Of a DNA stretch of 64,000 nucleotides, positions 57,427 through 64,000 are shown one piece after another. The first letter of the stretch is position 1, and every line of letters starts with the position of its first letter. Made by a program: the position numbers and the translations under genes. The stretch is from Promethearchaeota archaeon (lineage in GTDB: Archaea > Asgardarchaeota > Lokiarchaeia > Sigyniarchaeales > SOKP01): assembly GCA_016839915.1 (NCBI GenBank), contig JAEOTH010000028.1:15433-79432 (forward strand). The letters run 5' to 3'. A model generated the notes under the pieces. That model was not told where the DNA came from, searched no databases, and saw only the letters and a list, made by a program, of their open reading frames with translations.

Positions 57427-58626
57427 TCAGCGTGGTTTTTCTTCTAATTTATAGGCAAAGAGAGTTCCATCATCATGACAACAAAAAACTAATCCCCATT
57501 CTATATAAAGTTGGATCATATTCAAACAAGAGAGACTCCGTTTATTGAATAATATTTTACCTGATTGCTCCTCAATAATAATGAGCTCACCTTTAGTTGT
57601 GCCAATAAAAATAAGTAATCTATCATTAACTTTTCTCACTTTTAGAGTCTCAATGTTATATCCTTTTAATTCCCAAATAATATCGATAAATTCGTTGAGA
57701 CACATTAACTTTGATGAAAAGTCAATTTTTTCCAGTGGCATTGAATCATTAAAAAAAGCAAATGAGTAAGAGCTAACCAGAGCTTTATTACAAATTGAAA
57801 AGGGGTAAGAAACGCATTTCCATACATAATCTTTGAATTCATAAGTATGAAATTCTTTTTGTGTATTTTTACTAATGAAATGTAATTTCTTATCATCACC
57901 ACCACAAATTACAGCAGGTCCTTTAATTGAGTTTAGATAAGAAATACAGCGTACTTTATCCGAAAATCTCTTGAACCATAGCATTGTTCCATCAATAGAA
58001 TTGAAAACTCTTATTGTTCCGTCATTTCCACACGCTATAATTTCTTTATTAGCTGATTTTATATTATCTCTAAAAATTAGAGCATCTCCGATTCCTTCCT
58101 CAAAAATTTGACCCCATACTAAATTGCCGTTTAATGGATTTAGAACCCTTAAGGTTTTATCAAGAGAATACACAATTATTTCATCTAATTCATCATTATT
58201 TATATTATCAATTAGGATTCCACTGATAGAAGCACCAAATTTATGGTTCCAGAGAGGTTCCAAATAATATTTTATGTTCGCTTTAAAAATTTTTAATATG
58301 CCGTCCATTCCACCTAAAATTATTTCATTTTTACCATCTTTATCAATATCGTATATTCTTAAAGCCCAAATTGGAGAATTTTCTGAAATTAATACCTTAT
58401 TTAATAATTCGCCCTTTAAAGAGATAATTAACACCCATCCGGATTTTGTAAAAGCCACAATTTCTATTTGCCCATTGTTATTAATATCCCCTAATTCAAT
58501 TCCAAGGAGAGGTTCATTATATCTGAATTTCCAATGTTCTTTTATTATCATGGTGAGCTGGCGATCTAGTATTAATATGTTTAGTTTTAGTTTTAAAAAA
58601 ATTAAATGGTTGATAACTTTTCTCAA
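57427..58626 (-). CDS. beta-propeller repeat protein (FG-GAP/WD40-like)
   Basis: Repeated DINNNGQIEIV / DIDKDGKNEIILGG / NDGTIRVF / GGDDKKLHF motifs; real start probably an internal Met. Confidence 0.5.
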   Translation of the reverse strand: MRKVINHLIFLKLKLNILILDRQLTMIIKEHWKFRYNEPLLGIELGDINNNGQIEIVAFTKSGWVLIISLKGELLNKVLISENSPIWALRIYDIDKDGKNEIILGGMDGILKIFKANIKYYLEPLWNHKFGASISGILIDNINNDELDEIIVYSLDKTLRVLNPLNGNLVWGQIFEEGIGDALIFRDNIKSANKEIIACGNDGTIRVFNSIDGTMLWFKRFSDKVRCISYLNSIKGPAVICGGDDKKLHFISKNTQKEFHTYEFKDYVWKCVSYPFSICNKALVSSYSFAFFNDSMPLEKIDFSSKLMCLNEFIDIIWELKGYNIETLKVRKVNDRLLIFIGTTKGELIIIEEQSGKILFNKRSLSCLNMIQLYIEWGLVFCCHDDGTLFAYKLEEKPR

Positions 58627-58724
58627 TAAAAACGAAATTTATATTTTTTATATTATTATCAAAATTAGGATTATTATAAAATGATCAAAAATATTACAAT
58701 AAAAACAAAAAGGAGTCAAAAACT

Positions 58725-58922
58725 ATGTCCTTTGATATAAAATTAGATATGGATGCATGTACTGGATGTGGTACATGCTATGAAGTATGCCCATCTGAAT
58801 GCTTTGGTGAACCTGAGGGAGGTAAAGTAAACGTTATAGAGGAAAACAGAGAAGATTGTGTGGGATGTCGGGCTTGCGAAACTCAGTGTCCAGAAGAAGC
58901 TATAGAGATTATAGAAAACTAA
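58725..58922 (+). CDS. 2x[4Fe-4S] ferredoxin
   Basis: CTGCGTCYEVCP and CVGCRACETQCP. Confidence 0.85.
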   Translation: MSFDIKLDMDACTGCGTCYEVCPSECFGEPEGGKVNVIEENREDCVGCRACETQCPEEAIEIIEN

Positions 58923-59029
58923 TTTTTGGAACTAGTAATCATATTTTATTTTTTTTATTTTTTCTTAATATTTTTATTACGAAACAAACAAAAATCCATT
59001 AAATGTCTACAAAAATTAGAGATAAAGAA

Positions 59030-60157
59030 TTACCATAATAAAATTCTACCACAACTTTTACATATTCCTTCATTTATCTGTGAATTAATACAATTTTCAT
59101 GATAAGGGGTTTTACATGCTTGACAAATATAAATTTTTCCAGAATAATCTGTAAAATCGTATTCGCAATAAACACATTTATTAACGTAGGAAAAATCACT
59201 ACTATTTGCATCCACTTCAATAATTTGGGAAGTTTCTGTCAACGTGCTACCTCCCGTAGCGGGTGTTAAATAATTTGGTTGTTGTGGTGGCGAAATCCAT
59301 TGTTGTTCTAATGGAGGTTGAGAATGTGGCTGTTGAGGTTGAGATGATTGCCAATCAGAAACATATTGTGGAGCTGATTTTTTTGAGAGCCCCATTTTTT
59401 GAGATACTTTCTCATCTAAAATATTTGTGAGAATAAGAGCAGAAGCATATTTCCCTTTTGCTCCACCTTTTTGTAAATGAGTATGGCTAATCATGTGTAT
59501 TACTCTTCCACCCATTTTACCATAATCAAACTCTACAAGAACAGGTGATTCTCCCCATTTGTTTTGGATTTCCCACGAGCCAATTAATACTCTGACAGCT
59601 TGAGGGTTTAAAATTTGTATTGGAAATGATCTAGTTTCTAACCACCATCGAAATTCACTTTTCTTGGTATTCTTAGCTGTTTTCTTTTGCCACTTACTTT
59701 GTTGAATTTCACTTAGTACACCATCTAAAAAAGGATGATTAGGTTCAATAATTTGACATGCTACGACAGCATCAGCAGTTTTTGCCCGATTCCAACGTAT
59801 AAAACCAGGAAATATATTTTCAATAATACTTTGTATCGCCCAATCAGTTGTTATTAACCATCCACCATTCGAAACAAAATCTTTAACTTTTGGATACGAG
59901 GCATGTGGAATATCGCTACCTGGACAACCGATAAGTACAACATCATACTGAGATAAATCTTCTTTCATAATTACTTTTTCTGTGATTACCTTTTTTAATG
60001 ATGCGTACATATGCTCAATAACTTTTTTAGGTTTTTCATATCTTCCATTAACAGCTAATATTTTTCCATGTTTTTCAACAGCTTGAACTACATCTTTTTT
60101 ATTTAATGCTTCCATTTTACGTTTTTTTACTTCCGAATAAAGATCTTTGTAACTCAT
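59030..60157 (-). CDS. hypothetical protein with Q/P-rich linker and C-terminal C4HC3 (PHD/RING-variant-like) zinc finger
   Basis: CVYC-x13-CQAC-x4-H-x2-C-x9-CKSC at the C-terminus. Confidence 0.5.
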   Translation of the reverse strand: MSYKDLYSEVKKRKMEALNKKDVVQAVEKHGKILAVNGRYEKPKKVIEHMYASLKKVITEKVIMKEDLSQYDVVLIGCPGSDIPHASYPKVKDFVSNGGWLITTDWAIQSIIENIFPGFIRWNRAKTADAVVACQIIEPNHPFLDGVLSEIQQSKWQKKTAKNTKKSEFRWWLETRSFPIQILNPQAVRVLIGSWEIQNKWGESPVLVEFDYGKMGGRVIHMISHTHLQKGGAKGKYASALILTNILDEKVSQKMGLSKKSAPQYVSDWQSSQPQQPHSQPPLEQQWISPPQQPNYLTPATGGSTLTETSQIIEVDANSSDFSYVNKCVYCEYDFTDYSGKIYICQACKTPYHENCINSQINEGICKSCGRILLW

Positions 60158-60253
60158 TTAATCAGCCTTTAAATAAAGTTAAAAGGAATTTAATGTTATT
60201 TTATAATTATTATAAATGAATTAATATATATATTTTGATTATGTAGGATAATT

Positions 60254-61750
60254 ATGTTAAATTTTAAAGATTTTGGACATCCTTCTGAATTTTGGGAATA
60301 TTTCGAAAAAGTTTCTAAAATTCCTCGATGCTCTGAGCATGAGGAGAAAATTAGGTCCTTTATAAAGCAAGAATCAGAGAGATTGGGCTATAAAAATAAG
60401 ATTGATTCTATTGGGAATCTAGTAATAAATATTCCGGCTAAATCAAAGCAGACTTTAAATTGTGTTTTACAATGCCATATGGATATGGTGTGTGAAAAGA
60501 ATGAATCTATCATCCATGATTTTTCAAAAGATCCATTGAAATTAAAAATAAAGGAAATTGAGAATGAGAATTGGCTTACGGCTGAAGGAACTACTTTAGG
60601 TGCAGACAATGGAGTAGGAATATGTTATATGCTATCTCTAATGAACAAAATTCAGAAAGGAGAATTAAGTTTTGAATCGTTAGGTTTGGATTTATTATTT
60701 ACAGTTGATGAAGAACAAGGTTTACGAGGGGCGTTTGGTATTGAAAAAAGTTTTTTAGAAGGAGATTTTCTTATAAACCTTGATTCAGAAGAAGATGATG
60801 CTGTAACCATAGGATGTGCTGGTGGTCTTGTTCATTTTATAGAAATAAAAAAGGAAACAATAAACTTAAATCTTCAAGACGAAAAATTCGTGCCAACTAG
60901 AATTTTTATTTCTGGGTTATTAGGGGGTCATTCAGGGGTAGATATTCATTTAGGGCGAGGAAATGCTTTAAAAATAATTGGACAACTTCTTTGGAAACTA
61001 AATGAAAAATATTCAATTCATATAAGTTCAATAAACGGAGGTAATAGAACTAATGCTATACCTCGAGAGGCATCTACCATATTCTATATCGAAAAAAATA
61101 AATCTTCAGAGATTTTAGAGTTTATTGATGAATTATTTAGAGAAATAAAACTGATTTTTAATGGTATTGAACCAAATTTAGAATTAACCATTGAGAAATT
61201 AGAAAATTATAGCAATGTTAACGTATTATCAAAAAAAATTCAAAATAATCTATTAAATATTATGTACATTATCCCTACTGGTCCTGATTCTATGCATCCT
61301 CAAATTAAGGATTTAGTATTTACATCATCCAATTTTGGGACAATTACAACTCGAAATGATGACATAGAAATAAAAATAAGCCAAAGAAGTTTGAGTGAAT
61401 ATTTTAAGAATGTAATTTGGGAAAAAGTTGAGGCCTTATTCAAATTCAGTGACTTAGAAATTAAAATAATAAAAGATTCTGATTATCCGGGCTGGACACC
61501 AAATTTTCAATCTAAATTATTGAAATATTATAAAGAAGTCTACAGAGAAATATTTAATAAAGATATAAATATAAAAGCCATACACGCTGGTTTAGAATGT
61601 GGAATTCTTAAAAAGAAGTTCCCTCAGATGGAAATGATTTCAATTGGTCCTACGACCGAAGGTGCTCATTCACCAGATGAAAAATTAAAAATTGAATCTG
61701 TTGAAAAGGTTTGGAAGTTAATTATTAGTTTACTTAAAAAAATTAGTTAG
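60254..61750 (+). CDS. pepD: aminoacyl-histidine dipeptidase (M20 family, PepD-like)
   Basis: LQCHMDMV, GTTLGADNGVG, FTVDEEQG, GLECGIL, 498 aa. Confidence 0.8.
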   Translation: MLNFKDFGHPSEFWEYFEKVSKIPRCSEHEEKIRSFIKQESERLGYKNKIDSIGNLVINIPAKSKQTLNCVLQCHMDMVCEKNESIIHDFSKDPLKLKIKEIENENWLTAEGTTLGADNGVGICYMLSLMNKIQKGELSFESLGLDLLFTVDEEQGLRGAFGIEKSFLEGDFLINLDSEEDDAVTIGCAGGLVHFIEIKKETINLNLQDEKFVPTRIFISGLLGGHSGVDIHLGRGNALKIIGQLLWKLNEKYSIHISSINGGNRTNAIPREASTIFYIEKNKSSEILEFIDELFREIKLIFNGIEPNLELTIEKLENYSNVNVLSKKIQNNLLNIMYIIPTGPDSMHPQIKDLVFTSSNFGTITTRNDDIEIKISQRSLSEYFKNVIWEKVEALFKFSDLEIKIIKDSDYPGWTPNFQSKLLKYYKEVYREIFNKDINIKAIHAGLECGILKKKFPQMEMISIGPTTEGAHSPDEKLKIESVEKVWKLIISLLKKIS

Positions 61751-61819
61751 AAAATTGTATCTTAATGGAATCTAATTAAAAAACTTAATAAATTTTATTT
61801 AATAATTATAGTTTAGTTT

Positions 61820-62317
61820 ATGCAAAAAAACGCATCTAAGAAAGAGGAAATTATTGGTTCTGAAACGGTAATAGAAAGAATTAGAAGTAGAACCCCTTGG
61901 ATTTTTGGAAAATCGCTTAGGAAACCCAAAATTAGTTTTCCAAAAATAAGGCTTCCAAGATTTTCCCTTCCTATGCCAGCAAGATCATTAAGTATTATAA
62001 CAATCCTAGTTATCTTATTTATCCTCCAGACAGGGGTAGTTTATTTAATAGTGAGAGAACCTCTTGCTCTTGGAGCAACAACATCAGGAGATCCATTGTT
62101 TGTATATCCTGATCTTCATGAAAGCTTTATTATGGAAGGAATTGTAGCGTCATTTTTAATTTTATTGTGTTCAATAGGATTTATAATGCTATATCAAGCA
62201 TCTAAATATGTATATAATAAGAAGATGGCATGGTGGATTTTAATAATTGGAGTTTTGATGATTCTTATTGCTTTTATAATGCTTCAATATATTATTAATT
62301 TGAAAGTGGGTCAGTAA
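61820..62317 (+). CDS. OSTC/DC2 (Ost3/6-family)-like membrane protein
   Basis: ..LQTGVVYLIVREPLALGA..SFIMEGIVASFLILLCSIGFIMLY.. resembles eukaryotic OSTC (..ITGGIIYDVIVEPPSVGS..QYIMEGLASSFLF..GLGFIILD) as recalled from memory. Confidence 0.5.
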   Translation: MQKNASKKEEIIGSETVIERIRSRTPWIFGKSLRKPKISFPKIRLPRFSLPMPARSLSIITILVILFILQTGVVYLIVREPLALGATTSGDPLFVYPDLHESFIMEGIVASFLILLCSIGFIMLYQASKYVYNKKMAWWILIIGVLMILIAFIMLQYIINLKVGQ

Positions 62318-62404
62318 GCATTTAATATGTTTCGTTATATTTGTTCTAAAATTTTAAAAAAAAAGAAAATTAATTTAATAAAAAATAAGAAAAATATAGT
62401 CTTA

Positions 62405-62797
62405 TTATCCTATAAAGGAATTATACGCTGTTTCATCTAATAAATTACCTTTTTCAGCGTCCCAATTGGATGGTTCTATTTTAAATAACCAAGCCGTAAA
62501 TGCATCTTCATTAATTTTTTCTGGCTCATCCATTAAATCCGAATTGATCTCTTTTACACTACCACTCACTGGTGAATAAATATCACCAACAGCTTTACTT
62601 GATTCGACAGTACAATCAATAGGATCACTTGAAGGCTCATCTCCATCCATTTTTACTTGCTCAAGTTCAGCCCCCTCTAGACCTTCCACATCTACAAAAC
62701 TAATTTCTCCAAGTTGTTCTGCCGCAAAAGGAGTAATTCCAACCATTTTAGTTCCATCATCAAACCATTGATGTGTTTTAGTAAACCATTTGGCCAT
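62405..62797 (-). CDS. gcvH: glycine cleavage system H protein-like (lipoyl carrier)
   Basis: ..GITPFAAEQLGEISFVD.., VESSKAVGDIYSPVSGSV (lipoyl-Lys context). Confidence 0.75.
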   Translation of the reverse strand: MAKWFTKTHQWFDDGTKMVGITPFAAEQLGEISFVDVEGLEGAELEQVKMDGDEPSSDPIDCTVESSKAVGDIYSPVSGSVKEINSDLMDEPEKINEDAFTAWLFKIEPSNWDAEKGNLLDETAYNSFIG

Positions 62798-62917
62798 TTT
62801 TATCTAACTCTTTTTTAATTAATTTATGAATATCAATAATATTGAATTAAATAGTATGTTTTTATTAATTAAGGTAATAATTTAAAATTTTATTATTAAA
62901 TTGAATTTTCTAATAAA

Positions 62918-63745
62918 ATGGTTTCTAAGTTAAAGGATCAACTTGATTTCTATAATGATTTTAAGGATTGGTATTTTCAAATAATCAATGATTTTAAATT
63001 TAGTTATCAAAAGGATTGTGAAGCTCGAGATTATTTATCACGATTATTATTTAAAAAAGGTCAGACTTGGAAATTTAATAGAATATTAAATTTGTTTAAA
63101 AACCATATATCATCAAAACAAGCAATAATTATTTATGGGTGTGGCCCATCATTAGAAAAAACTGTTGATATTATCTTAGAAAAAGAGGGTTTGAATTTCT
63201 TTGACAATTTCATCAATTTAACTGCAGATGGTTCTTCAATATTATTAAGAGAAAAAGGGATAAAGATTGATGCGATTTTTACTGATTTAGACGGAATAAC
63301 CAAAGATGAATTCTGCAATGCATTGTTTAATATAGTTCATGCTCACGGAGATAATATTAAATACCTAAAATTTTTTAAAAAAGAGATATTAAAATTCGAA
63401 AATATCATCGGAACAACCCAAGTAGAACCAATTTCAAATTTAATAAACCCAGGAGGATTTACTGATGGAGATAGAATATTATTTTTTCTACGCACTTTAT
63501 TATCTTCATTACATAAATTATATCTAATAGGAATGGATTTTGGAACAATAATAGGGAAATATTCAAAACTAGATATAAAAATGAATCAAGAAGCAAGCCT
63601 TAACAAAATTAAGAAGCTTAATTATGCAAGAGAATTAATATTGTGGCTAAAAAATAGGATAAAGATTGAAATTACTTTTATTAATTCTAAATTTTTATCC
63701 AAGGATTTTATAAATCTATCAATAGAAGAATTTTTAAAATTATAA
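62918..63745 (+). CDS. mptE: MptE-like 6-hydroxymethylpterin diphosphokinase (DUF115)
   Basis: IIYGCGPSL, TDLDG, HAHGDN. Confidence 0.55.
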   Translation: MVSKLKDQLDFYNDFKDWYFQIINDFKFSYQKDCEARDYLSRLLFKKGQTWKFNRILNLFKNHISSKQAIIIYGCGPSLEKTVDIILEKEGLNFFDNFINLTADGSSILLREKGIKIDAIFTDLDGITKDEFCNALFNIVHAHGDNIKYLKFFKKEILKFENIIGTTQVEPISNLINPGGFTDGDRILFFLRTLLSSLHKLYLIGMDFGTIIGKYSKLDIKMNQEASLNKIKKLNYARELILWLKNRIKIEITFINSKFLSKDFINLSIEEFLKL

Positions 63746-63746
63746 A

Positions 63747-64000
63747 TCAACATATTTTAAAATCTTGGATTCCCAAGGAAGTAATCTTGTAAAGCAATCT
63801 TTTTTCTGGAAGATGCATTGAATTTACTAACTGGATATATCTTTTTTCTTGCTCTTTATAATCTAAATATAAATATTCTGAAAAAAATTGATTCAATAAT
63901 TGATTTCCTGCAGGTAATACGCGAATCTGTGTTTCTCGAATTATATTTGAAATTACTTGAGCTGTTGTTATAGTTATTAGATTATATTTTCTGGTTAGAA
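63747..64000 (-). CDS. hypothetical protein, C-terminal fragment (5' end outside window)
   Basis: Open minus-strand frame ..NLITITTAQVISNIIRETQIRVLPAGNQLLNQFFSEYLYLDYKEQEKRYIQLVNSMHLPEKRLLYKITSLGIQDFKIC*. Confidence 0.35.
   Translation of the reverse strand, partial: LTRKYNLITITTAQVISNIIRETQIRVLPAGNQLLNQFFSEYLYLDYKEQEKRYIQLVNSMHLPEKRLLYKITSLGIQDFKIC

Noticed and set aside
1-64000. CRISPR arrays, rRNA genes, and transposase, integrase or prophage blocks.
   Set aside because: By eye there are no regularly spaced direct repeats, no rRNA-like GC-rich stretches, and no recognisable transposase, integrase or capsid motifs.

Overview
Strongly AT-rich archaeal chromosomal segment, densely coding on both strands. 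No CRISPR array, rRNA gene or obvious transposase was seen.

Likely source: an Asgard (Lokiarchaeia-like) archaeon. This is inferred from remembered family signatures, not from a database search. The supporting gene content is:
- Archaeal/eukaryotic-type ribosomal proteins L14e, L34e, L19e, L32e and S4e, RNase P Rpp29 and SecY.
- A selenocysteine set: tRNA-Sec, SepSecS and SelB.
- Gelsolin-like, Vps28-like, Roadblock/LC7, OSTC/DC2-like and C4HC3 zinc-finger proteins.

Main blocks:
- An L11-L1-P0-P1-SecY-DUF106 block at 12.6-17.7 kb.
- An L14e-cmk-L34e block.
- A long S19...L15 ribosomal operon on the minus strand at 39.6-51.1 kb, interrupted by a 1.9-kb insertion between L22 and S3.
- Shikimate, nucleotide and cofactor genes.
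- Three tRNAs, two of which carry two introns each.

Headline observation: at least four protein-coding genes (ribosomal proteins L11 and S3, a small zinc-ribbon gene and a small membrane protein) are interrupted by six short intervening sequences of 29-39 nt.
- Five of the six fold into a bulge-helix-bulge (BHB) motif; the second L11 intron has no unique BHB solution.
- Cutting at the canonical BHB positions restores the reading frame exactly and gives proteins colinear with orthologue consensus.
- The same cutting rule yields correct mature tRNA-Ser and tRNA-Ile from genes in this window.
- Most of the introns share a hairpin with a 5-nt loop ending in TC.

Limits: all protein calls rest on motif recognition by eye, and start codons and some boundaries are uncertain.
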